Source of the DNA: an uncultured archaeon
GTDB taxonomy: Archaea; Thermoproteota; Bathyarchaeia; Bathyarchaeales; Bathycorpusculaceae
Assembly (NCBI GenBank): GCA_963810275.1
Contig: CAWENF010000021.1
Coordinates: 1-64,000 of the forward strand
DNA length: 64,000 nucleotides
Direction of reading: 5' to 3'
Both the position numbers and the translations under genes were made by a program. Below are positions 48,903 to 59,200 of this stretch, piece after piece (position 1 is the stretch's first letter; every line of letters begins with the position of its first letter). The notes under the pieces are model-generated. The model was not told the origin of the DNA, did not search any database, and was given only the letters and a program-made list of their open reading frames with translations.

Positions 48903-50033
48903 TCAACTTTTTTGTTTTATATGGGCTGATATTCCATCCAACTTTATTATAATCTCATTTATTTTACATTCAACAATATCCAGTTTTTCTCCATAATTTA
49001 TATGAAAGAAATATTTTTCATAGGATGATAGATTTCTTATTTGACTTCCCAAATCTCTAAGATTTTCAAAATTAAGAAAATGCCACATATCAGCCGCGTA
49101 GCCAAACTTATAAAAAATATATCCGAAACGCCTTAGGAAATGTTGCACTTTTGCAAACTCACTTCGTTTAAGATAATTTTGAGAAATCATCCATTCATCT
49201 TTGAAAGAGGAGATTGCTTCCAAGGTGATATGTGAAAATGCTACCTCACTCATGACAGGTGGGTCTTTCTTTATTTGTTCGAAAATTTTCTGAGATAACA
49301 TAGCTGATTTTTGAAGTTTGCTTCCGAGTTCATCTGCACATTCTTGTCCCATGTTCAAGTCAATTAATTGAACATCTTCCAAGCTATTTCTAAGATTGAG
49401 CAAAACTCTCTCTATCCCTAACTTCTTTGCGTATCCGCTATTAACTAGACTCAATATCTTTTCGCTTGTACCCATTACGTCATATTTTAGTTGGTTCCAG
49501 TCGGATTGCTCGAGATGATCTGCATAATCAGAGTAAAATAGTTGTGTGTCACTCAGTTGCGCAATAAGATTTAATGCAGATTGCATATTTTTGTTAATTG
49601 TCTCATCATTTTGTTGATTTGAAAAGTTTCGAGTGTAAAGCCGATATAATTGTTCTATCTCATGCGGTTCAAGTTTTCGAGTGATGCTTTGATCACGTGT
49701 ATATGCTCTAAAATCTTGGTAATAAACTGGTTCCTCACCTTTTGGGACATCAATTCTAACTACAGTTTTTGAGCCAATACCGATAAAAGTTACTTTCACA
49801 CGTATTGCTGGCTTGACTTTGTTTCGAGAAATGTTGACAATTTCACGCATGTATTTGTCTTTTTGTATTCCATCAGATAAGTTGTCTAACCCATTGATTC
49901 GTCTGTTCTGGTCAATGCCAATGTAAATTCGACCGTTATTTGAGGTAGCAAACCCAGCAATTGCCTCTGCAATTTCGCTATTAGAGGTAGCTTTTTTCTT
50001 AAATTCGATTTCTTGGCATTCCCAGCTATCCAT
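48903..50033 (-). CDS. Schlafen/AlbA_2 domain protein
   Basis: ECQEIEFKK, IAGFATSNNGRIYIGI, V..I.VPKG..P and Y.R motifs; helical C-terminal domain. Confidence 0.85.
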   Translation of the reverse strand: MDSWECQEIEFKKKATSNSEIAEAIAGFATSNNGRIYIGIDQNRRINGLDNLSDGIQKDKYMREIVNISRNKVKPAIRVKVTFIGIGSKTVVRIDVPKGEEPVYYQDFRAYTRDQSITRKLEPHEIEQLYRLYTRNFSNQQNDETINKNMQSALNLIAQLSDTQLFYSDYADHLEQSDWNQLKYDVMGTSEKILSLVNSGYAKKLGIERVLLNLRNSLEDVQLIDLNMGQECADELGSKLQKSAMLSQKIFEQIKKDPPVMSEVAFSHITLEAISSFKDEWMISQNYLKRSEFAKVQHFLRRFGYIFYKFGYAADMWHFLNFENLRDLGSQIRNLSSYEKYFFHINYGEKLDIVECKINEIIIKLDGISAHIKQKS

Positions 50034-50244
50034 GTCCCTTTTAAGCTGATGAACATACCTAGAATTTTCTTCAGTGGTTGACGTAAATCATGCCCTAACT
50101 AACTTTAGATTAGTTATCCTTTATAATGGTGATTATCAGCTGCGTTTCATTTTTCCATATGATAGCTCGTTTGCCCCTTTTACTAATAAAGGACGTATAT
50201 TGGGTTTTTGGCTTAGAAATTTATTCCAAGGACGTGTGTGTGTG

Positions 50245-50258
50245 CCCGCCACACCAGT
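50245..50258 (+). repeat. Right target-site duplication
   Basis: CCCGCCACACCAGT immediately after the GTGTGTGTGTG end. Confidence 0.85.
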
Positions 50259-50495
50259 CACGAATTTATCTTGCTTCTACCCATCTTTTTTCCTTTCCCA
50301 AACCAAAGACAAGTTAACCTTAGCTTGGTTACAGCCAAAACCTTCGAAAAAAATTTTCTTCTGTATGGGCTGCGTCTTGGTGCGGTCGTTGTAGTGAACC
50401 ATCCTTGTCTGGTAGAAGATCGGTTGGACGGATAGCTTCAAGCGAGGCATGTTCCTCATTCCGCCCAAGAGGCAAACAGACAAAGGAGGGATTCA

Positions 50496-50642
50496 ATGAA
50501 TAAACCTAAGCATAGGCGCCGCGGTTTATTGCGTCTGCTTCTTTTTCTCTTCCTTGTACCGCTGTGGCTGCTGGCCTGGATAATTTACTATTTGGGAGAG
50601 GGCTCGAGACGCACTCGCTGCGAGCCTGAGGAGTTCTCATAG
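50496..50642 (+). CDS. 48-aa single-TM protein (not in ORF track)
   Basis: AAGGAGG SD; MNKPKHRRRG followed by a hydrophobic helix. Confidence 0.5.
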   Translation: MNKPKHRRRGLLRLLLFLFLVPLWLLAWIIYYLGEGSRRTRCEPEEFS

Positions 50643-50655
50643 GAGCGGTTTTTTT

Positions 50656-51606
50656 TTGGCAGGGCCATCTGATAGAAGTCAAAATTTTGGCGTTTCAAAG
50701 TCCAAAGTCAAATTTGACTTCTCCAAAGTACGCTCCTGCGTCATCCCAATCCTCAAGGGCATAGAGGTCAAAATGTATCCTGCAAAGATAGGCCGAACCC
50801 GTGGATGGAGCAAACAACATGTCGATTACTATGTAAAGAAGCTGGAAAAGGCAGGTTTGATCCGACGGTTGAAGCGGAGCAACTTTGTCGATTATGAGTT
50901 GACTGAGCGAGGTCAAAACTTTCTCATATCATGTGAGGGCGTTATCTTTAGCAGTGGCGTCTTTCGGTTGCATCGGTGTTTTTTCAAGTTTCCTGTGTTG
51001 CGTGAGGGGGTTTATCCTTCGGGTGACTTCAGGCGGATTGAGATGCAGAATTGGACTGCGTTTTTAGGTTTGGAGCAGGGTGTTAAGGTTAGGCATACCA
51101 CTTCCAGCTGGATTGTTCATGTTGAGACGCTGTATGGTCGCAGTCCCGGGGAGCTTATGACTTTGGCTAAGAACTTGGCTGACCGAGTTGCCAAGGGCTT
51201 ATCCAATAAGTATGGCTGCGTTTTGGGTGAGGGGCAGATTAACAAACGTCATGAGCTTGGCGTCGACGACCCAGTTGCAAATCTTTTGAACCGGTACTTT
51301 ACCGTGAGTACTCCAAAGCGGGTTATTGATGATAGCCCAGGAGAAGATGAGGGCGAGCTCGATCATCTTGGGCGAGATGCTGCAGTTGAATATTTGTTGA
51401 TGCCTGAGCGCTTCAAAAAGCTGGAAGGGCAAATAAGCAATGTCCTGTACGATTTGGAGAAGATCTCTGGCAGCCTAACCAAGCTGGACAAAATGGGCTA
51501 TGATTTAGCCAGAGTTGCAGAGGTCCTTTGCAAGCTTGCAGATTCTGAAGGCAGTCAAGACGTGGCGATGGCTTCATCTGATGGAGGTAACAGCTATGTC
51601 TCTTAG
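50656..51606 (+). CDS. MarR/ArsR-like wHTH protein with an uncharacterised C-terminal domain and coiled coil; possible MGE replication protein
   Basis: PAKIGR..GWSKQHV.YYVKKLEKAGLI...YELTERG; FRLH, TTSS and IDDSPG..EGE motifs; start uncertain. Confidence 0.65.
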   Translation: MAGPSDRSQNFGVSKSKVKFDFSKVRSCVIPILKGIEVKMYPAKIGRTRGWSKQHVDYYVKKLEKAGLIRRLKRSNFVDYELTERGQNFLISCEGVIFSSGVFRLHRCFFKFPVLREGVYPSGDFRRIEMQNWTAFLGLEQGVKVRHTTSSWIVHVETLYGRSPGELMTLAKNLADRVAKGLSNKYGCVLGEGQINKRHELGVDDPVANLLNRYFTVSTPKRVIDDSPGEDEGELDHLGRDAAVEYLLMPERFKKLEGQISNVLYDLEKISGSLTKLDKMGYDLARVAEVLCKLADSEGSQDVAMASSDGGNSYVS

Positions 51607-51630
51607 ATTTACTATGCGGGAGGGGCTAAA

Positions 51631-51828
51631 TTGGCGTTAACTGAACGTGAGCGGGAGATTTTGAGGTTACATACTGAGGGCTTTAGTGATTATGGGATTG
51701 CACGTAAGCTAAAAATTGTGACGCCCAATGTGACACAGTCTCGATAGAACGCGTTTAAGAAAATTGAACGAGCTGCAGCTGATTTAGAGTTTATCGGTAA
51801 ACTAAAAATCGGCAAGAAGCTCTCTTGA
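51631..51828 (+). pseudogene. LuxR/Tfx-like HTH regulator with an in-frame TAG
   Basis: LTEREREILRL..EG.S...IARKL...NV.QSR*NAFKKIE; TAG at 51745-51747. Confidence 0.7.
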
Positions 51829-51843
51829 AAGTCCATTTACCGT

Positions 51844-53568
51844 TTAGCACTTGGGGGGGGGAGGGGGCAAACGCACCGTAAAAGTTGTGCCCTTGCCAAC
51901 TTGGCTTTCAAAAGTCACTTCGCCGCCTAATGCTTCTGTCATTCGTTTAACTACTGGTAAGCCAAAGCCTTGACCTTTAGCCCTCGTCGTGAATAACGGT
52001 GTAAAAATTTTTATTTTATTTTCAGGTGGGATGCCAAAACCGGTATCTTGCGCAGTTATCACTGTATCGCCTTCTTGTTTGAATGCATGCAGAATAAGTT
52101 TACCTCCCTTGGGCATAGCATTAACTGCATTAGATACCAAATTTGTTAGAATACGCTTGAGTAAGTCAGGATCGCTCATTAGGGTTTTAGCTTGACTATC
52201 AACTATGTAGGTAGCATCTATTTTTTCATAGATACCGTTATTGAACAAGACATCATTAAAAAGAGGTTCCAAATCTGTTTCTTTAACAACTGGGGTGAGT
52301 ACTCTAGAGTAGTCCTGCAAATCTGCAACTATCTTGTTGATGTACTCAACGTTCTTCTCGATTTCGGATAGACCTTCCAGTGCACTTTCCTTCTCCTTGC
52401 AAGTTGACAACTTTTCCAAATCAGACCGTGCAAGAAAAATGTCGCTAATTATCGATTGCAGAGGATTACGAATATCGTGCCCAACCATACCAGCGGTAGC
52501 ACCAATCGCTGCTAAACGCTCTGAATCCTTTAGCTGCTTTGTGCGTTCCTCAACAAGCTTCTCCAAGTTTTTGTTAATTTCCTCAAGTTCTTTTTCCACT
52601 TTAACCTTGGCTGTGTTGTCCTCAACGAAAGAAAATACTGATTCCATCTTGCCCTCAGTGTCAAGCAAAACCGAATTATACCATGTGCAATAAATGACTC
52701 TTCCATCTTTTGTTATGTTTCGGTTCGACGATACAACTTTTGTCTCACCGCTAGTCAGCTTCTTCATGCTCTTTTCCACTATATGGATATCTGATTCGTA
52801 AATCAGGTGCAGATCCATTATTGGCTTGCCCAAAGTTTCAATAGCAGCCCAACCGAACATTTTTTCAGCCTCACCAGCCCACCGAGTAACCACAAACTTG
52901 CTATCCCACTCAACTACGCCAAGAGGAGTATTTTCCGCATGGAACCTCAAACGTTCCTCACTTTCTCTAAGAGCTTGTTCAGCTTTCTTGCGCGCAATGA
53001 TTTCCCGTTCTAAATCGTTTGTGTATTGCTTTACCTCTTGTTGCATGTGCTGTGTTAAATCAGTTATAACCAGAAAAGTAGTTTTCAAATTATCCTTAAA
53101 TGAAGAATTCACTGAAACATGGGCTGGCACCACAGTCCTATCATTTGCAATAAACGAAATGTCTTTCTCTTTTGTGTTTCCGTCTTTTCTGCTTAATGCT
53201 ATTAATTCATGAAATGAATTCCAATGAGTTGGATTAATTGTGCCACTAATAGTTTTTCCGATCAGAGTATCAAGCGGCTGCTTAATTATTTTCGCAAAAC
53301 CCTCGTTGCAGTAAAGTATCACGTCACTCTCAGAGAGCATGACAGCGCCCTCTTTCATTTCCTCAATAAGAGCACGATAATTCCTTTCGGCCCCTGTAAT
53401 TGAATAAACCTGCTCTCCTTCAGGCGTCGAAACAATTAAGGCATCAACTTCTCCATGCTGTATAGCCCTCAAAGTTTCTTGTGCTTCAGCTAACTGCTGG
53501 CGCAGAGACTCGTTTTCAGCGAGAATTTCGCTTTCTTTGTCTTCTTTGGCCTTATTTGGTGTTTGCAT
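51844..53568 (-). CDS. PAS-PAS sensor histidine kinase (kai-associated)
   Basis: N-terminal ETLRAIQHGEVDALIV, two PAS domains, H-box GHDIRNPL, NLVSNA, DTG.G, FTT and GQGFGL. Confidence 0.92.
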   Translation of the reverse strand: MQTPNKAKEDKESEILAENESLRQQLAEAQETLRAIQHGEVDALIVSTPEGEQVYSITGAERNYRALIEEMKEGAVMLSESDVILYCNEGFAKIIKQPLDTLIGKTISGTINPTHWNSFHELIALSRKDGNTKEKDISFIANDRTVVPAHVSVNSSFKDNLKTTFLVITDLTQHMQQEVKQYTNDLEREIIARKKAEQALRESEERLRFHAENTPLGVVEWDSKFVVTRWAGEAEKMFGWAAIETLGKPIMDLHLIYESDIHIVEKSMKKLTSGETKVVSSNRNITKDGRVIYCTWYNSVLLDTEGKMESVFSFVEDNTAKVKVEKELEEINKNLEKLVEERTKQLKDSERLAAIGATAGMVGHDIRNPLQSIISDIFLARSDLEKLSTCKEKESALEGLSEIEKNVEYINKIVADLQDYSRVLTPVVKETDLEPLFNDVLFNNGIYEKIDATYIVDSQAKTLMSDPDLLKRILTNLVSNAVNAMPKGGKLILHAFKQEGDTVITAQDTGFGIPPENKIKIFTPLFTTRAKGQGFGLPVVKRMTEALGGEVTFESQVGKGTTFTVRLPPPPPKC

Positions 53569-53587
53569 TTGCTTCGTCTTTTTTAGG

Positions 53588-53935
53588 TTAATTTTTTGGC
53601 ACTAAATCCAAGCCAATTAGAATACGTTCCTTATTTGACATGTCCCCAATAAGCCGTCTGAGAGGCAAAGGTAGCTTTTTTATTAAGGTAGGTGCCGCAA
53701 GCAACTGCTCTTTTTTAGCGTACTCAGGCTGCTGATAGACATCTACAACATCAAGTTTATATCGACCCTTCAGTCTCTCTTCACAAATCCTTCGAATGTT
53801 CTCAATAGCCCTAACTGACCGTGGCGACATACCAGCAACATACAAACGCAAAACATACTCTTCCGCTCTATTCTTTTCTGCGGCTTTTTCAAAATCTCGA
53901 GTCGAATCTTGGGAGTCTTCTTTTTTAGCGCTCAA
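53588..53935 (-). CDS. kaiB: KaiB protein
   Basis: [31 protein letters not shown]. Confidence 0.93.
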   Translation of the reverse strand: MSAKKEDSQDSTRDFEKAAEKNRAEEYVLRLYVAGMSPRSVRAIENIRRICEERLKGRYKLDVVDVYQQPEYAKKEQLLAAPTLIKKLPLPLRRLIGDMSNKERILIGLDLVPKN

Positions 53936-53968
53936 AATTCTTGCCTCTCCAGTATCAACTCTTTGTGT

Positions 53969-54295
53969 CTATAAATTTTTTTTGGGGCGAATATCTAATC
54001 CAACTAGAACCCGTTCAGTATTTGAGAGGTCACCAATAATTTTCTTCAAAGGCTCAGGTAATTTACGAACAAGAGTTGGAATAGCTAAAATCTGGTCATC
54101 TTTGGCTAATCGGGGATTCTTTACTAAATCTATAACTTCAATTGTGTATCTTCCTTTCAAATGTTGCTCAGAGATTTTTTTTAGATTCTCAAAAGCTTGC
54201 AGGGACTTTGGCGTTTGCCCAGCGACGTATAGCCTTAAAACATAGAACTCAGCATTATCTTCCAATTCATTATTTTGTTCAGATTCTTTGCTCAT
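53969..54295 (-). CDS. kaiB: KaiB protein
   Basis: [34 protein letters not shown]. Confidence 0.93.
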   Translation of the reverse strand: MSKESEQNNELEDNAEFYVLRLYVAGQTPKSLQAFENLKKISEQHLKGRYTIEVIDLVKNPRLAKDDQILAIPTLVRKLPEPLKKIIGDLSNTERVLVGLDIRPKKNL

Positions 54296-54304
54296 TTAAA
54301 CCAC

Positions 54305-55732
54305 CTAAACTATTTTTATTCCTTGATCTGTCAATTGCAATTCCTTGATGTTTTTTGTATGCGCCATTCCTCTGGATTTTACTATGCGGATTCTTGTTTT
54401 TACATTGTCATCTTTCAGTTCTTTAGTGCTTAAAGAAATCCAGGTATCAATCCAGGAAGAAATGACCTCTGAGGATTCACCTTTTTTATCGAGACCCCTA
54501 AGAGAAGTAAAAAGTGTCGTGATTTGTTTTGTTTTCAAATGATCGATAATGCGAGTTAACATGGATTTAACTTCAGATTCGATTCCAACGTTAATCAAGT
54601 TAGAAATTGGATCAATTATAACTGCAGTTGGATTAAACTCGTCAATTGCTCTTTGCATAATTGAAAGGTGCGTTTCCAATCCATATAACGTTGGACGTGT
54701 TGAATGAACCTGCAAAAGCCCTTTCTCGATATAAGTTTCCAGCTTCAAACCGATAGATTGCATGTTTCTAATGATTTGGTTTGGAGATTCCTCAAGCGCA
54801 AAATAGAGGCAACGTTGACCTTTCTGGCAAACGGAATTAGCAAAAGTACATGCGATGCTTGTTTTGCCAGTTCCAGGCGATCCCGAAACCAATATTGTAC
54901 TGCCTCTGTAGAAACCCTGCTCACTAAGCATAGCATCAAGCTGAGGTATTCCTGTTGAGTCCCGTTCTTTTGACGCATTATAATTGAGTCCTGCAGACGT
55001 TATGGGTAGCAGCTGAAAACCCGTGTTATCGAGTATGAATGGGTATTCGTTAGTGCCATGCATTGAACCTCTGTACTTGACGACTCTTAAGCGTCTTGTA
55101 GATATTTGGCCATTGACTCTATGGTCAAGCATAATAACGCAGTCAGACACATATTCTTCGAGTCCATAGCGAGTCATCGTTTCAGTACCTTTCTCAGCAG
55201 TAATAACTGCTGTCAAGCCCTTTTCTTTGAGCCAACCAAATAATCGACGCAACTCGGCTCGCAAAATGGCTTCATTATCCAGTCCTGAGAAAAGAGATTC
55301 GACTGTATCAAGTACAATCCTTTTGGCACATACAGAGTCTATTGCGCAACCTAGACGAATGAATAATCCTTCAAGGTCATACTCGCCCGTCTCCTCTATC
55401 TCACTTCGTTCAACACGAATGTGATCAATATACAATTTATTATTTTGGACCAGATTTTTAACTCCAAAACCTAAAGAGGCAGTATTCTTTTCAAGGTCTC
55501 TTTGTGTTTCTTCAAACGTTATAAAAACGCCTGGCTCTCCATATTTTACTGCGCCATTAACGAGAAATTCCATCCCGAAAAGGGTTTTGCCGCTTCCAGG
55601 ACCACCAATAATTATGGTAGGGCGACCCTGGGGTAATCCGCCAAAGGTTATTTCATCGAAACCTTGAATCCCTGTAGGTGACTTCTTAAGAGTAACTGAA
55701 TTATCGCCTTGGGTATCTTCGGTTGCTTGCAT
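54305..55732 (-). CDS. kaiC: Double-domain KaiC ATPase/autokinase (KaiC2-like)
   Basis: Two RecA-like domains: GGPGSGKT/TFEE/KYRG and GSPGTGKT/LEE/KSRG; ISSWIDTW phospho-site region. Confidence 0.93.
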   Translation of the reverse strand: MQATEDTQGDNSVTLKKSPTGIQGFDEITFGGLPQGRPTIIIGGPGSGKTLFGMEFLVNGAVKYGEPGVFITFEETQRDLEKNTASLGFGVKNLVQNNKLYIDHIRVERSEIEETGEYDLEGLFIRLGCAIDSVCAKRIVLDTVESLFSGLDNEAILRAELRRLFGWLKEKGLTAVITAEKGTETMTRYGLEEYVSDCVIMLDHRVNGQISTRRLRVVKYRGSMHGTNEYPFILDNTGFQLLPITSAGLNYNASKERDSTGIPQLDAMLSEQGFYRGSTILVSGSPGTGKTSIACTFANSVCQKGQRCLYFALEESPNQIIRNMQSIGLKLETYIEKGLLQVHSTRPTLYGLETHLSIMQRAIDEFNPTAVIIDPISNLINVGIESEVKSMLTRIIDHLKTKQITTLFTSLRGLDKKGESSEVISSWIDTWISLSTKELKDDNVKTRIRIVKSRGMAHTKNIKELQLTDQGIKIV

Positions 55733-56206
55733 ACTAATATAGCCGTTGATATTTTTTAATAAGACTTTGCATTATTTTATGGAACAGTTGTTCTTATTGA
55801 AAACTGCTTTTCATTATTTACTAATAACATCTTGTATGTCGTTTTTGTGATATTATCGTGTTTAGGTTCTCAAGCCATTAAAATGTGATTTTGCTTTGTT
55901 TTTAGGTTTAGTTTCGTCTGTGGATGGCGTTGGCTTTAGGGATTGCAGGCATTTTAAAGAATATTTAGCTAAGAAAAGAGGTTGGCGCTGGGAGCTTACA
56001 AGCTTTCCGCTTGAAATTTGGAGATAATTTAAAAAAGAGCTTACTCGTTTTTTACAAATTAACCGTTTGAAAATAACTTAATTTCCAGCAAATAGCGTTT
56101 TCAACAAATATCAGCATACAAAGAATAACCTTTTATTAAATATCTTGTAAATCTTTATATTCACTGTGCGTCTGAAAATCACATTCGATGGCACTTTCTA
56201 ATACTG

Positions 56207-59200
56207 TTGGAGGAAATCGGTATTTCTGAAAAAAAAACAACGAAACAGAAAGTTGAGAAGTTTTCTAACCAAAATAAGCAAGGTTTGATAGTAGTTGGAA
56301 TCGGTGCCTCGGCAGGCGGTTTGGAAGCATTCAAAAGTTTATTCGAATCTTTACCCGTTGATACCGGCTTATGTTTTGTCGTTATTCAACATCTTTCACC
56401 TGGACAAGAAAGCATGCTAACAGACATCCTTTCAAGATTCACCAAAATGCCAGTCAAAGCCGTCAAAGACAAAATGGCGGTTGAACCAGACCATGTTTAC
56501 GTCATACCGCCTGGAACCATCCTGACAATGGAAAACAAAACCTTCAATCTCAACCCAGCAGCTAAAACCATAAAACCAATCGATACCTTCTTCATCTCAT
56601 TAGCTGAAGACTCGCAAAATCAAAGCATAGGAATCGTACTTTCTGGAACGGGCTCGGATGGAACAGCAGGTCTAAAAGCCATCAAAACTCAAGGCGGAAT
56701 CACATTCGCCCAGACTCCAAGTTCCGCGCAATACGGCGACATGCCAATTAGTGCTATATCTGCTGAAGTGGTAGATTTTATTCTACCTCCAGAAAAGATT
56801 GCATCAGAACTGCAAAAAATCGCTGAAAATCCTCAATTAGCGCGAAACGAAATCGTAGCGAGGGCAGAAGAAGAGAGAAAAGAAGCAAAGCCAAAGAAAG
56901 AATCAGCCTTAAGTGCAATTTTTACAATGCTAAAATCCAGCTGCAACGTTGACTTCTCACACTACAAAGAGACGGTCGTTAACCGTAGAGTAACACGTAG
57001 AATGGTAATTAATCACATAAAGAAAATAGAAAACTACAAAGAGTTTCTAAGGGCACACCCAAAAGAGATAGAAGCATTGTACAATGATATGTTAATTGGG
57101 GTTACAAGCTTCTTTAGGGAGCCAGAAACCTTTGCTGCTTTGAAAGAAACAGTGTTTCCCAATCTCGTCAATAATCGGTCAAGCAAGGACCCGATAAGAA
57201 TTTGGATCCCAGGATGCGCAACCGGAGAAGAAGCTTACTCCTTCGCAATTGCGATACAAGAATACATCGAAGACAACTCACTTCCAAATATACAAGTTCA
57301 AGTATTTGGCACCGACGTGAACGAGAAGAATATTGAAAAAGCAAGACAGGGAAATTACCCAAAAAACATAGAAACCGATGTGCCAGAAAAAATACTAAAA
57401 CATTTCTTCAAAAACATTAACGACAACTATTTAATCGCTAAAAATATTCGAGACATGTGTGTTTTTGCAAAACAAGACATAACTGCCGATCCACCGTTTT
57501 CTAATATGGATCTTGTCAGTTGCCGTAACATGCTAATTTACTTTGACCAATATTTACATGAAAGGGTTGTGCCGATACTGCATTATGCCCTAAAGACAGG
57601 AGGCTTTTTGGTTTTGGGGCAATCTGAAAGTATTGGCAAATTCACAAACTTATTTGAACCAATAAAAAAGACTTCCATTTATACAAAAAAGAGAGCGCAG
57701 CCAACCATTACTTTTGGGTTACAAATCTCAGCGCCCTATGGACAAAAGGCTAAGGAAGTTAAAATAGGTGAAAAGAAGGATGCTCTTTCAATTTTGAAAG
57801 ATGAGGTTGACCGTTTATTAGTGACGGAGTATGTTCCTGCGGCTTTGTTGGTTAATTCAAATTCAGATGTTCTTCTTTTCCGTGGAAATATAGCGCCTTT
57901 TGTTTTGCCTGAATCTGGGTTGGCAAGTTTTAATGTTGCCAAAATAATTCGAAAGGAGCTAAAGTCTGAAGTTCAAACAATGATTTACAGAGCAAAAAAA
58001 GAAAATAAGCCTATAAAGGAAAATGCTTTGAGACTGGAATTCGCCGGTGAACAAAGAACAATTAACCTTCAAGTTATTCCTTTGCATATTGAGCAGTTTG
58101 AAGAGCCTTTCTTTCTTATTCTGATTGAAGATGTAAGTTCCGCTGCCCTTTTACTGAGACATACCTTAGAGTTAGCATCTACTCCGAAAGGGCATGAAAA
58201 CGCTAAAGACAGGCAAATTAAGGAGCTTAGAGAGGAATTAGACGCTACTAAATTTTCTTTGCAGAAAATAATTGAGACACAGGAAGCTACTAATGAAGAA
58301 TTAAGAACTGCGATGGAAGAGGCACAGTCTAGTAATGAGGAATTGCAGAGTACAAACGAAGAGTTGGAGACGGCTAAAGAAGAGTTGCAATCCAGCAATG
58401 AAGAACTAAAAACGCTCAATGATGAAGTTAAAAACAGAAATGAAACCCTTGCTCACCTCAACAATGATTTAGTTAACTTGAATAGAAACATAGGTCCAGC
58501 CATTGTTATAGTTGACAAAGGCTTTAAGATTAAGTTGTTATCACCTTCGGCACAACGAATCCTGAACCTTTTGCCGACAACTATTGGTTTACCTATAACA
58601 GCTCTTAGAATGAGGATAAAGGTTGAAGACTTAGGCATATTGGTTTCAGAAGTTATCTCTAGACTTCACGGTATTACTAAGGAAGTAACTGATGAAGAGG
58701 GCCACTATTATGATTTGCAAGTTAAACCCTACATTACTCTTGAAGATAAGATAGACGGAGCTGTTTTGTCTTTTACTGATATTGACGATAGAAAAAAACT
58801 AGAAAAATCTCTACGCTTAGCCGCGATAGGCGAAACTGCAGGCATGGTGGGACATGATATTCGCAATCCATTGCAAGCCATAATTGGGGATGTTTTCTTG
58901 CTTAGGGATTATTTGACTACAATGCCTAAAGTACCAATCAAAAAAGACATTGCTGAAGGTTTAGATGAGATAGAGAAGAACATTGAGTACATTAACAAGA
59001 TTGTTGCTGATCTGCAAGATTACGCAAGAACTGTGCAGTCTTCGCCTCAAGAAATCGATTTGGAGGCACTATGCGATGAGTTGATCCACGGAATTACCGT
59101 TCCCGACAATATTGAGGCTTCATGCTACATAGACGATTCTGCTAACAGGATATTTATTGATTCCAATCTGATAAAGCGCGCCATTGGCAACCTTGTTTCT

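Larger units (their letters stand above)
41907..50244. mobile_element. Casposon-like element without PolB, integrated at tRNA-Lys
   Basis: TSD on both sides; CACACACA left end (also at 42223) and GTGTGTGTGTG right end (50234-50244); solo Cas1 with HTH; replication module; TA and Schlafen cargo. Confidence 0.8.

Noticed and set aside
46962-50250. CRISPR-Cas adaptation locus around cas1
   Set aside because: No cas2, cas4 or effector genes and no regularly spaced 25-40 bp repeats were seen anywhere in the window; the Cas1 has a casposase-type HTH tail.
41893-50258. Tyrosine-integrase provirus with attL/attR
   Set aside because: No ORF shows R-H-R-Y integrase motifs and no recognisable capsid or packaging genes were seen. 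The repeat covers only the last 7-8 nt of the tRNA and abuts inverted ends. A lost integrase cannot be fully excluded.
51745-51747. Pyrrolysine read-through of the in-frame TAG
   Set aside because: There are no pyl genes in the window, the gene is a small HTH in a decaying island, and a single AAG>TAG change is simpler.
51853-51867. Poly-G tract as a phase-variation switch
   Set aside because: It encodes the last prolines of the kinase, so slippage would alter only the extreme C-terminus.
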